Positions 18,296-27,480 of a DNA stretch of 64,000 bases are shown piece after piece. Location: positions 3,104,001 through 3,168,000 of the forward strand of contig OZ219926.1 in NCBI GenBank assembly GCA_964291405.2, given 5' to 3'. The position numbers and the translations under genes are program-made. The stretch comes from Thermodesulfobacteriota bacterium. Its GTDB lineage: Bacteria; Desulfobacterota; Binatia; Bin18. The stretch's first letter is position 1; each line of letters starts with the position of its first letter. A model generated the notes under the pieces. That model was not told the origin of the DNA. It ran no database searches and saw nothing but the letters and a program-made list of their open reading frames with translations.

Positions 18296-18628
18296 ATGAC
18301 CATGGCGGAGAGCGACTGGCCCGCGGCGTTCAGCGCACTTCAGCCTTTTCTCGGCTGGGCACTCGCCACTGAGGCCGAACGTACGCAGAAACGTCAGACG
18401 AGCGAGATGGCGGAAATCCAAGCCTTTTACACTGCCATGCTGTCGCACCTGGAGGACATTCTTGTATACCTCAACCAATTCCCTCTGGAGCGCATGCCGC
18501 CTCACGCGCAGCAACTCATGGATATGACTCTCTCGCTCGCCGAGATTGCGCCGGCGGTCGAGCTGTTTGGTCAGCCGCGAGAAGATGATACGTTTGACCC
18601 GTTTCGATTTGTTCCACAACATCAATAA
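18296..18628 (+). CDS. Small Rieske-associated protein of unknown function (copy B, 110 aa)
   Basis: Starts 6 nt after the Rieske stop; shares W.L.TE.ER...RQ.S.M..I.AFY.AML and TLSLAE.APAVE.FGQP with copy A. Confidence 0.8.
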   Translation: MTMAESDWPAAFSALQPFLGWALATEAERTQKRQTSEMAEIQAFYTAMLSHLEDILVYLNQFPLERMPPHAQQLMDMTLSLAEIAPAVELFGQPREDDTFDPFRFVPQHQ

Positions 18629-18639
18629 AGGAGGTCGAT

Positions 18640-19134
18640 ATGATTCGCCCCGAACGGATTGCCCATGTTGTGATTAAGGTGCGCGACCTTGAACGCTCAA
18701 AGAAGTTCTACACCGAAGTGCTGGGAATGCAGGTCATGAAAGACACGCCTGAGATTAAAGGGGTCTTTTTGGCCAATCATACCCGCGACCACCACGAGAT
18801 TGCCCTCTTTCAGATCGGTCCGGATGCCGAGTCGCCCCGACCAGGCCAGACTGGACTCGCTCATATTGCCTTTCGGTTGCGGAGCGAAGAGGAACTCAAA
18901 GCCGCCTATGAAGAACTCAAGGCAAAAGATGTGCCGGTGAACTTCACCGTAAACCACGGGATAACCAAGAGCGTCTACTTCCTCGACCCGGACGGCAACG
19001 AGCTCGAAGTCTACTGCGACAACCCCATAGAAGAATACGCGGGGATGCCCAACGCCTATCTGGGCACGGACAAGCTGGAATTCGCTCAGAACGAGCGCGG
19101 CCTGGTGGACGTGATTGCTTCGCTGCGGCAGTGA
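18640..19134 (+). CDS. VOC family protein (glyoxalase/extradiol dioxygenase-like)
   Basis: IAHVVIKVRDLERSKKFY, DHHEIALF, GLAHIAF, HGITKSVYFLDPDGNELEVY. Confidence 0.9.
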   Translation: MIRPERIAHVVIKVRDLERSKKFYTEVLGMQVMKDTPEIKGVFLANHTRDHHEIALFQIGPDAESPRPGQTGLAHIAFRLRSEEELKAAYEELKAKDVPVNFTVNHGITKSVYFLDPDGNELEVYCDNPIEEYAGMPNAYLGTDKLEFAQNERGLVDVIASLRQ

Positions 19135-19143
19135 TTTTTGCTT

Positions 19144-19243
19144 CCCCTCTCCCTGGCTAGGGAGAGGGCCAGGGTGAGGGTCGCGCAGGGCGAGTTCTCT
19201 TTTGACCCCCTCACCTCAATCCTCTCCCCTGAGGGGCGAGGAA
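19144..19243. repeat. REP-like inverted doublet
   Basis: ccctctccct-ggct-agggagagggccagggtgaggg ... ccctcacctcaatcctctcccctgaggggcgagg: two inverted copies of a palindromic unit. Confidence 0.65.
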
Positions 19244-19293
19244 GAAAAACCATACCTGTCAGTAATTACGATCAGGTATAACTTGGAGTACGC

Positions 19294-20733
19294 ATGGGCA
19301 TTCGGACCGGTGCAGAATATCGAGAAAGTTTGCGGGATGGACGGAGCATTTATGTGAATGGCGAGCGGGTCAAAGATGTGACGACCTATCCGCCATTCCA
19401 AGGTGTGGTGGATACCATTGCCTCGCTGTACGACCTCCAACACGAGCCTGCACACCAGCCCCCGCTGACCTACCCGTCGCCCAAGGATGGCCAACCGGTC
19501 GGGCTCTCCTTTCTGATGGCGGACAACGTTGAAGATGTTGAACGCCGCGTCCGCGCCGAGGAATTTCGGGCTGAGGTGACCTGTGGCTTGATGGGCCGCA
19601 TGCCGGACTTCATGAACGCTCTGGTGACCGACGCGGCGATTGCTGCGCCGTTTATCGGTCAGCGTGAGTCCCGCTTTGGTGAGAATACCCTTCGCTATTA
19701 CGAAGCCTGTCGGGATCAGGACTGGTGCCTGACCCACACCTTGGTTGATCCCCAGATCGACCGCTCAAAAGGACCAGCGGAACAAAGCGATCCCGAGGCA
19801 GCCTTGCATGTGGTGCGCGAGACGGACAACGGCATCGTGGTCAGTGGCGCCCGGATGCTTTCCACGCTCGCCCCTTTTTCCAACGAACTCTGGGTGGGGC
19901 CGTTCTATCCGCGTAAGCCGGGAGAAGAAGCCTATACTCTCTGCTTCGCCGTTCCCATGGATACTCCGGGTCTCAAGTTTATCTGTCGTGAGGCCTATAA
20001 CACGGGCAGGAGTCGGTTTGATCGCCCGTTGTCGTATCGCTTTGATGAAGAAGATGCTCTCGCGATTTTTGATACGGTCGAGGTACCCTGGGAGCGGGTG
20101 TTCATCAACGGTGATATCGAGGCCTCCAACTACATCCTTGGCCGGGCGCCCGGCTACGCCCTACTCCAGGCGGTGATTCGCGGCACCGTCAAGCTCCGTT
20201 TCATGGCCGGGCTGGCCTGTAGCGTGGCCGAGGCAATCGGCCGGACCAAGGCGCAGCACGTCCAAGCCCAGCTCGGCGAGTTGGTGGCCCATGTTGAAAT
20301 TGCGAATGGCCTGCTGCAGGCGGCGGCCCACAATGTTGTCACCAATCATAAAGAGGGCGGCTCGCTTCGTTCGCTTGCGGCCTCGCTGTGGGTGTTTATT
20401 CCTCAGGCGCAGATGCGGGCGGCTGAGGTCATCCGACAGGTCAGCGGCAGCGGGCTGATCATGACCCCAACGGAAGGGGATTTGCAGAACCCGGAGATCG
20501 CGCCCTATCTCGAACGCTATCTCCAGGGCAAAAACCTGCCGGCGCGAAATCGAGTGCAACTCTTCAAGTTGGCCTGGGACATGCTGGGGGAGCAGTTTGG
20601 TAGCCGGCAGTTGCAGTACGAATGGTTCTACGCGGGTGATCCCACGTTTACCCGGTCTCGTTTTTATTACTCACCCGCGGTGAAAGAGTATAAGGCGATG
20701 GTGGAGCGAATCCTGGACGAGGGGAAGAGTTAG
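19294..20733 (+). CDS. 4-hydroxyphenylacetate 3-hydroxylase family oxygenase component (HpaB-like)
   Basis: RTGAEYRESLRDGR, GLMGRMPDFMN, THTLVDPQIDRS, SYRFDEED, FKLAWD, FGSRQLQYEWFYAGDP. Confidence 0.9.
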   Translation: MGIRTGAEYRESLRDGRSIYVNGERVKDVTTYPPFQGVVDTIASLYDLQHEPAHQPPLTYPSPKDGQPVGLSFLMADNVEDVERRVRAEEFRAEVTCGLMGRMPDFMNALVTDAAIAAPFIGQRESRFGENTLRYYEACRDQDWCLTHTLVDPQIDRSKGPAEQSDPEAALHVVRETDNGIVVSGARMLSTLAPFSNELWVGPFYPRKPGEEAYTLCFAVPMDTPGLKFICREAYNTGRSRFDRPLSYRFDEEDALAIFDTVEVPWERVFINGDIEASNYILGRAPGYALLQAVIRGTVKLRFMAGLACSVAEAIGRTKAQHVQAQLGELVAHVEIANGLLQAAAHNVVTNHKEGGSLRSLAASLWVFIPQAQMRAAEVIRQVSGSGLIMTPTEGDLQNPEIAPYLERYLQGKNLPARNRVQLFKLAWDMLGEQFGSRQLQYEWFYAGDPTFTRSRFYYSPAVKEYKAMVERILDEGKS

Positions 20734-20738
20734 ATGCT

Positions 20739-20762
20739 CGGGGCAACCGCGTGGTTGCCCCG
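20739..20762. terminator. Palindrome between convergent genes (terminator or REP-like)
   Basis: cggggcaacc-gcgt-ggttgccccg, perfect 10-bp stem. Confidence 0.55.
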
Positions 20763-20784
20763 GTGGAGGGTATGATTCGAGAAA

Positions 20785-21321
20785 CTAGCTGGGCGGATTG
20801 GTGGAAGTGATATCGGGCGTCTCTTCCAATCCGAGCGCGGCAATGGGCGCTTCAAAACGCTCGGTCATGACCGCATCCTCGTCGTGAAAGTCCCGGGTGA
20901 AGCAGCAGTATTCCATCTGCATGCCGTTGGGGTCCTTAAAGTAAATCGACTTGGCCCAGTCGTGATCAACGACTTCTGAGACCTCCACTCCCTTGTCCCG
21001 CAGCTCTTGTTGTTTTTCTTCGAGCGCCGCCTCTGTACCGGCCTCAAAAGCAAAGTGGTAGAACGCACTCGGGACACCGAGCCCCCGGTTGATGCCGGCG
21101 TCGTACTCGACCGGAACACCGGGAATCTCTTTGGCTTCCATAAAAGCGAGCAACTGGTCACGACCCGTATCAAAAAAGATATGCCGAATATGGCCGCCCT
21201 CTTTGATCTTGATGGTGTCGCAGCGAACCGGCTTAAAGCCCAGGATGTCTTCGTAAAACTCACGCGTCTTATCCAAGTCAAGCGTTGACAACCCAATATG
21301 AGAAAAGCCTTTCTTTGTCAT
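20785..21321 (-). CDS. VOC family protein
   Basis: GFSHIGLSTLDLDKTREFYE, RHIFFD, YHFAF, DHDWAKSIYFKDPNGMQMEY. Confidence 0.88.
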   Translation of the reverse strand: MTKKGFSHIGLSTLDLDKTREFYEDILGFKPVRCDTIKIKEGGHIRHIFFDTGRDQLLAFMEAKEIPGVPVEYDAGINRGLGVPSAFYHFAFEAGTEAALEEKQQELRDKGVEVSEVVDHDWAKSIYFKDPNGMQMEYCCFTRDFHDEDAVMTERFEAPIAALGLEETPDITSTNPPS

Positions 21322-21423
21322 GACCAAACCCTCCTTTATTCTCTGTGGTCCCGCTACTTTTTTTGGTCTACCACAGCTTCCGCAGGAAAGAAACCAAGAA
21401 AACCGCGCTCTTCGCGCTTCTCA

Positions 21424-21453
21424 TTGACATATTGCGAGCCGGCCGAGTAGGCT
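21424..21453 (+). promoter_or_regulatory. Candidate sigma70 promoter
   Basis: TTGACA-18 nt-TAGGCT, about 30 nt upstream of the LLM start at 21482. Confidence 0.45.
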
Positions 21454-21481
21454 CTCCTGGCCTGATACTGAGGAGGAAGGT

Positions 21482-22552
21482 ATGGATTTCGGCGTGCTTG
21501 TATTTCCCAAACCGGACCGCTGTGTCGATCACGCCACGTTGGCTGAGGCGCAGGGCTTCAGCCATGTGTGGGTGGAAGACTCGCCCATGATGGCCGGTGA
21601 TGTATATCTCTGCCTGGGGTTGATGGCGCAGCATACCAGCCGAGTCACGCTCGGAACCGGGGTGGCAGTGGTTGGCACGCGTAGCGCGCCTGTGACCGCC
21701 CACGCCATTGCCACCATCAACCAGCTTGCCCCCGGACGAGTCATCCTCGGGCTGGGGACCGGCAATAGCGCACGGCGAGCGATGGGGCTGCCGCCCTGTT
21801 CCCTACGTGAACTGCGCGAGTATATAGCGGCCGTGCGTGGCCTGCTGAGCAACCGGGAGGTGATGTATCAAGAGGGAGCGGAGACGCGCCGGATCAAATT
21901 TTTTCATCAAGACTACGCATTTATTAACACGCGCGAGCCGATTCCCATTTATGTGGCGGCCAACGCCCCCCGGGCCATGCGGCTGGCCGGCGCGTTGGGC
22001 GACGGCTGGCTGACCTCACGGACCAATACGGTCGAAGGCTTTGAGGCGGCCTGGCGCCAGGTCAAGACCGGCATTGAGAAAGCTGGAAAAAATGCGGACA
22101 GTGTCGAGCGTGTGCTCTTTACGACGGCCTGTTTGCTGGGCCCGGACGAAGGTCTGGATTCTGAGCGAGTCAGAGCCCAGGCCGGCCCGTGGGCAACCGT
22201 CGCCTTGCACTCGCTGTACGAAACGCTCAAGGAGCCCGAAGCCGCTCCGGCACCCCTTCGCTCGATTTTTGCCGAATACAAAGCCTTTATGGAGCGCCGT
22301 CTCCAAGACAAGGATGAATACTATTTTGACCTGCACGACGGCCACTGTTTATACGTCCGGGATGAAGAAGCCCAGTTCGTAACGCCCGAAGTCATTCAGG
22401 CGACTACTCTGACGGCCCGACCCGAGGCCTTACTGGAACGGCTCCGCGGTCTGGAGCGAGCGGGAGTCCGACAAGTCACTTTCATTCCGACCTTTGACGC
22501 TTTTGAAGAATTTGTGACAATATTCGGAGAAAAGGTTCTTGCCCATTGGTAA
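21482..22552 (+). CDS. LLM class oxidoreductase (Mer-like)
   Basis: AEAQGFSHVWVEDS, LGTGV, APGRVILGLGTG, IPIYVAANAPR, GALGDG. Confidence 0.85.
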   Translation: MDFGVLVFPKPDRCVDHATLAEAQGFSHVWVEDSPMMAGDVYLCLGLMAQHTSRVTLGTGVAVVGTRSAPVTAHAIATINQLAPGRVILGLGTGNSARRAMGLPPCSLRELREYIAAVRGLLSNREVMYQEGAETRRIKFFHQDYAFINTREPIPIYVAANAPRAMRLAGALGDGWLTSRTNTVEGFEAAWRQVKTGIEKAGKNADSVERVLFTTACLLGPDEGLDSERVRAQAGPWATVALHSLYETLKEPEAAPAPLRSIFAEYKAFMERRLQDKDEYYFDLHDGHCLYVRDEEAQFVTPEVIQATTLTARPEALLERLRGLERAGVRQVTFIPTFDAFEEFVTIFGEKVLAHW

Positions 22553-22660
22553 GGGATACGTTCCTGTCGCCTGCTTGCCCTGGCGGTCGCCCTCCGATAC
22601 AGCAGAGAAAGGTTTGACGCTTCTCCCGTAGCTCTGAATCGTGGGAGAACAGGTAGGACT

Positions 22661-25333
22661 ATGGCCCATTTCGATCCCAAGACTCTTGAAGAAAAAGACC
22701 AGCAGCAGTTTCAGTCCGCGTTGGAGGGACTCTCTCCCACGCAATACTCGACCTTACTCACTGCGTTAACCCGGATAGAGCAGCCCGTTGTCCAATCATG
22801 GTTACAGGAAGAACTCCTCCAGGAATGGACCCAACAGGGTCGGCACGTGAGTGCCACGCTGGACGCGCGTGGGGAAACTCTCACCTCGGCCATGTTCGCG
22901 GCAACTCCTGAGCTTTTGCCGGTATTGTCCCGGCTGGAGATGCTCGAATGGGTCCGTTTTTTGCTGGATATTGAAGCAGTCAGCGGAGAGACCGATTTTG
23001 CACGTTTCCCGGACGGCCTGACTGCCCTGGACCGCTCGGAACGGATCAGCGTCTATCGTCTGGGCCGGTCGGCGGTGTATCATTCGCGCGATGCTGCGGC
23101 GGGCATTTACCACGTTTTACCTCAAGCCCTGGTCACTATCTCGGAGCCACTACGGAATGTGTTGATGCGTTGCCTCCAACCGGTTGCCGCCTTTGATCCG
23201 GAACCCCTGCCGGCTGTAATTCCGTTTCTTGAGCCCACGCTCAAGAGCTTGGCGCCGGACCAGCAACTCTCCGTATTGGAGCGGATTGCCGAACTCGCCC
23301 GGATTTTTCCCGCTGGGATTGCCCGTCTCTTTCGGACCCTGTCCCGCGCGTATGAAGAAGTCGGAGCTGAGGGGGTGTTGACCTGGATTCAAACTGGAGA
23401 AGAGATCGCGCAGCGCAATCCGCACGCCGCGGAAGCCTTTTTCACCCTGGAGTCTCGCACCAGTTTCCAGGTCTTGCGGCACGAGTCGCCGGCCGTGCTG
23501 CTCTCCGAAGTGCATAGCGCGTTGGTGAAGTTTATGCACATGCTGTGTGGGGAAGCGGTCAGTATCCAGGAAATCGGGGAGATATCCTTCCCGCCCCCGT
23601 TTGCGATTGTTGAAGACGAAGATGAGTTCCTGCCCTTGCCGGCCAGCATTGATCTGTTTTCGACTTTTGAGGAAAACTTTCGGCTGTATTGCATGTTTGC
23701 GGCCCATCAGGCGGGGCGGATCGAGTTCGGGACATATGAGCTCTCTATTCTCGACATCTGGTCGCAGGTGCCGTCATTTGTACGGGAACGGGCCGAGGCA
23801 AATGCGCACCCGCCACGGGACCTGGCGGCGTATTGTAAGCTCTTTCCCAAGCCCGAACAGATTGAGGCGTTGTTCATGTTTGTCGAGAGCCAGCGGATCA
23901 ACGCCTGTCTGGCAGAGGTGTATCCCGGGCTGCAAAACGATCTGGCCTGGGCCGCATCACAGACCCGCATCCTGCCGCCCCTGATCCAGTCGATCTTGCC
24001 GTATTTGAACGCAACGCTAAAACCCGGCTGGGAGCACGACGCAACCGTGGCGGGCTGCCTGCTCATGGCCACCGAGCTGTACGCCTCCCTGCCCGAATAC
24101 GCGTCGCAGCTCTCGAGGCAGCAAAAGGACGAGGATGTTCCGACCGGCGCACCGGACAGGATGATGCAAGGGATGGGCGAGCCCGAGCTGTCTGAACGGG
24201 AGCAGGCCATCCTGCAGCGGATTCTTTTGACGCTGCGCCAGCATCAAAAAAAGAAAAAGATTCGCCAGACCCGGCCGGCCTCCATCCACGGAATGCCCCT
24301 GGATGCGCTGGACTCTGAGGAAGACGCAGCCGAACAGGAAGAACGCAAAAAGGAGCAGCTGCGCCGTCGGCATTCCGTCGTGGGAGTCCGCTACGTCTAT
24401 GACGAGTGGGATTTTCTGATCGAAGATTACCGTGCCCGCTGGTGCGAACTCCACGAAGTCCCACTGGCCGGCGACCGAGGTGGCTTCTTTGAGAGTACGC
24501 TCACCCGCTACAGCGAGGTCATTCCCAATATTAAACGGGAGTTTCAACAGCTTCGACCCAAGATGTTCCGTTTGGTCAAGGGGCTGGAAGATGGAGAGGT
24601 GATAGACCTGGACGCGGCGGTGGCGGCTCGGGTTGATCTGCACACCGGGGTTGCGCCGTCCACGCGGCTATACGCGGCCAGACAGCCGCTGGAGCGGGAT
24701 GTTGCCGCGCTCTTTCTCTTGGACCTGAGTGCTTCGACCGATGCCAGGATTCAGAAGGAAGCGGACAACGGAGATAGCGAAACGAGCGGTCTCCGGGTGA
24801 TTGATGTCCTCAAAGAGGCGGTTGTGGTGTTGTCTGCCTCCCTGGAGGAAATCGGCGATGCGTATGCGGTCTACGGCTTTTCCAGCGCTGGGCGGTATAA
24901 CATCGAATTCTATCCGGTCAAAGCGTTTGGTGAGAAGCTGTCGGAGGATGTCAAAGGCCGCATCAGCGGGTTGGAGCCCCAGCGCAGTACGCGTATGGGC
25001 GCTGCCGTTCGACATGCGACCCGTAAACTCAAAGACGTGGCCAGCCGCGCGAAAATTCTGGTCCTCCTCAGCGACGGATTCCCTGAAGACGCGGACTACG
25101 GCAGGGACGAAAACGCGCCGATGTACGGCCTGCGCGATACCATGATGGCCCTGCGTGAAGCCGAGCGCGAGAATATCATGTCGTTCTGTCTAACGATTGA
25201 CAAAGGCGGCCATGATTATCTGCGCGAGATGTGTCCGCCGTCACGCTATATGGTCCTGGAGAATATCCCGTCCCTCCCGTTAGAGTTGCCCAAGATCTAC
25301 CAACGCCATATCCGGATGCAATTGTCCGAATGA
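22661..25333 (+). CDS. NorD/CbbO-type von Willebrand A domain protein
   Basis: YDEWDF...Y...WC.LHE, EDGEVIDLDAAV, MIDAS LLDLSAST, STRMGAAVRHA, LVLLSDGFPED. Confidence 0.85.
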   Translation: MAHFDPKTLEEKDQQQFQSALEGLSPTQYSTLLTALTRIEQPVVQSWLQEELLQEWTQQGRHVSATLDARGETLTSAMFAATPELLPVLSRLEMLEWVRFLLDIEAVSGETDFARFPDGLTALDRSERISVYRLGRSAVYHSRDAAAGIYHVLPQALVTISEPLRNVLMRCLQPVAAFDPEPLPAVIPFLEPTLKSLAPDQQLSVLERIAELARIFPAGIARLFRTLSRAYEEVGAEGVLTWIQTGEEIAQRNPHAAEAFFTLESRTSFQVLRHESPAVLLSEVHSALVKFMHMLCGEAVSIQEIGEISFPPPFAIVEDEDEFLPLPASIDLFSTFEENFRLYCMFAAHQAGRIEFGTYELSILDIWSQVPSFVRERAEANAHPPRDLAAYCKLFPKPEQIEALFMFVESQRINACLAEVYPGLQNDLAWAASQTRILPPLIQSILPYLNATLKPGWEHDATVAGCLLMATELYASLPEYASQLSRQQKDEDVPTGAPDRMMQGMGEPELSEREQAILQRILLTLRQHQKKKKIRQTRPASIHGMPLDALDSEEDAAEQEERKKEQLRRRHSVVGVRYVYDEWDFLIEDYRARWCELHEVPLAGDRGGFFESTLTRYSEVIPNIKREFQQLRPKMFRLVKGLEDGEVIDLDAAVAARVDLHTGVAPSTRLYAARQPLERDVAALFLLDLSASTDARIQKEADNGDSETSGLRVIDVLKEAVVVLSASLEEIGDAYAVYGFSSAGRYNIEFYPVKAFGEKLSEDVKGRISGLEPQRSTRMGAAVRHATRKLKDVASRAKILVLLSDGFPEDADYGRDENAPMYGLRDTMMALREAERENIMSFCLTIDKGGHDYLREMCPPSRYMVLENIPSLPLELPKIYQRHIRMQLSE

Positions 25334-25541
25334 CCCCTTCATGCCGTGCTGTTTCGTTTGTCCGCCGTTAAGAGGAAAAATGGGGCAGATATGGAAGAAT
25401 TCGCTGGAAAACCGGAAAAAACGGTCAAAAAATTCCCAAAAGTCTTGTAACCTGCCAGTTTTAGCAGTATGGGTCCAATAAGCTCCGATCAAATCCATAA
25501 GGATCGCGAGCAAAAATTCCAATTCCTAAAGGAGGGGCGTT

Positions 25542-27236
25542 ATGCCGGAATATGATCTCGTGATCAAAGATGGAATGGTCATCGATGGGACGCGACTACC
25601 GCGCTATCGAGGTGACATTGGTGTGAAAGACGGCAAGATTGCCAAGATCGGTCGCCTGCAATCGCATCAGGGAACGAAAACCTTGGACGCGGAAGGGCAT
25701 ATGGTAGTACCGGGTTTTATCGATCTGCACACCCATTACGACGCACAGTTGTTTTGGGACCCGTATCTGACGATCTCCGGCTGGCATGGCATTACCTCCG
25801 TAGTGATTGGTAACTGCGGATTTGGTTTTGCACCCGTACAGCCCGAGGATCAGGAGCGGGCTATGCGTACCATGACCCGGACGGAAGCGATTCCGTACGA
25901 GTCGATGAAGGCCGGGATGCCCTGGGACTGGGTCACCTTCCCGGAATTCCTGGACAGCGTCGAGCGCACGCCCAAAGGGCTCAACATCCTGCCGTATATA
26001 CCCATTGCACCCCTGATGGTGTGGGTGATGGGACGCGAGGAGGCGAAGTCGGGCCGGATGCCGACGGACGATGAACACCGGGAGATGGTACGACTCCTGC
26101 ACGAAGGCATGGACGCGGGTGGTTGTGGCTGGTCGGCTCAACGTTTTGGGGAAGACAGCGTACAGTGTGACTATGACGGCACGCCCATGCCGACGGATAT
26201 CATGCACAACGAAACCTGTCTGGAACTCGCCAAGGTGTTAGGTGACCGCAACGAAGGCTTCATCCAGATGTCGCTCATCCCCAGTGTGGCGCCGATGGAA
26301 GTGATTGAAAGCCACTACGAAGAACTGGCCCAGGTGAGTGGGCGGCCGATTCTGTATAACGTCATCCAGGTCCAGGACGCCGACCCGAGCCGTCACCGGA
26401 ATCTGTTATCCTGGGTCGAACGCTGCCGCCAAAAGGGTCTGCGCATCTACGGCCAGACAATCTCAACCGACGCCGGTTTTACCTTTACCTTCACTGACTG
26501 GAATTTGTGGGACGACGATCCGGCCTGGCGGGAGGCGACGCTGGGGACGGTGGAAGAACGGAAGGCGAAGTTGGCAGACCCGACCCGCCGACCGGCCCTC
26601 AAGAACGACCCCACCGGCGCGGTCACCAGCTCGTTTGACGATGTCATTATTCTTGATGTAAAGCGCGCAGACATGAAGCATCTGGAGAACCTGACCCTGC
26701 GTGAAGCGGGTGAGAAGGAAGGTAAGCATCCCGTGGATGCCATGCTCGACCTGGCCCTGGCCGATAACATGGAGACGACCTTCTTCACCCCGTCCGTGGG
26801 CTCGAAGGATGAATACCTCCAGGAACTCGTCACCCCAGACTCCTCGATACTGGGGGTCTCGGATGGTGGCGCCCACACCAAGTTCTTCTGTGGTGGACGC
26901 TATTCAACGGAAGCGATTACGCGGATAGTCCGTGAGCTGAATATCATGAGCCTGGAAGAGGTCCACTGGCGGCTGAGTGCTATGCCGGCGGCCTGCGCGG
27001 GCTTTAGGGACCGTGGTGTGCTGCGCGAAGGCGCGCCGGCCGATATCGTGGTCTATGACTACGACAACCTGGAAACCTTACCGATGGAAGTGGCCCACGA
27101 TCTGCCGGGCAAGGAATGGCGGCGGGTGCAAAAGGCCAAAGGTTACCGGGCGGTTCTGGTGAACGGCGAGATGACGCTGGAGAATGACCAGAACACGGGT
27201 AATATTCCTGGCAAGTTGCTCCGGCACGGTGCCTAG
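25542..27236 (+). CDS. Amidohydrolase, N-acyl-D-amino-acid deacylase family (copy 1)
   Basis: PGFIDLHTHYDAQ, GNCGFGFAP, SDGGAH, DRGVLREGAPADIVVYD. Confidence 0.9.
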   Translation: MPEYDLVIKDGMVIDGTRLPRYRGDIGVKDGKIAKIGRLQSHQGTKTLDAEGHMVVPGFIDLHTHYDAQLFWDPYLTISGWHGITSVVIGNCGFGFAPVQPEDQERAMRTMTRTEAIPYESMKAGMPWDWVTFPEFLDSVERTPKGLNILPYIPIAPLMVWVMGREEAKSGRMPTDDEHREMVRLLHEGMDAGGCGWSAQRFGEDSVQCDYDGTPMPTDIMHNETCLELAKVLGDRNEGFIQMSLIPSVAPMEVIESHYEELAQVSGRPILYNVIQVQDADPSRHRNLLSWVERCRQKGLRIYGQTISTDAGFTFTFTDWNLWDDDPAWREATLGTVEERKAKLADPTRRPALKNDPTGAVTSSFDDVIILDVKRADMKHLENLTLREAGEKEGKHPVDAMLDLALADNMETTFFTPSVGSKDEYLQELVTPDSSILGVSDGGAHTKFFCGGRYSTEAITRIVRELNIMSLEEVHWRLSAMPAACAGFRDRGVLREGAPADIVVYDYDNLETLPMEVAHDLPGKEWRRVQKAKGYRAVLVNGEMTLENDQNTGNIPGKLLRHGA

Positions 27237-27287
27237 GAAAACAAGACCAAGCCTGGGGCCACGGCTCTAGGCTGAGAGCTGACGGAG

Positions 27288-27321
27288 AAAGAAAGGGCGC
27301 CAGTAACGGCGCCCTTTCTTT
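27288..27321 (+). terminator. Rho-independent terminator
   Basis: aaagaaagggcgcc-agtaac-ggcgccctttcttt. Confidence 0.75.
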
Positions 27322-27480
27322 GTGGAAACTTTCAAGGGTAGTGTCAATCGACTACTCCCTCCCCCATACCCCTCACGCAAGAGTCTTGCGCTAAACTGTT
27401 TTTCACCATATACACTGGGTGAACCGCGGTTCAGTCTACCGATCGCGAGTAAAAATCTTAAGCCTTTAAGGAGGGGCAGT

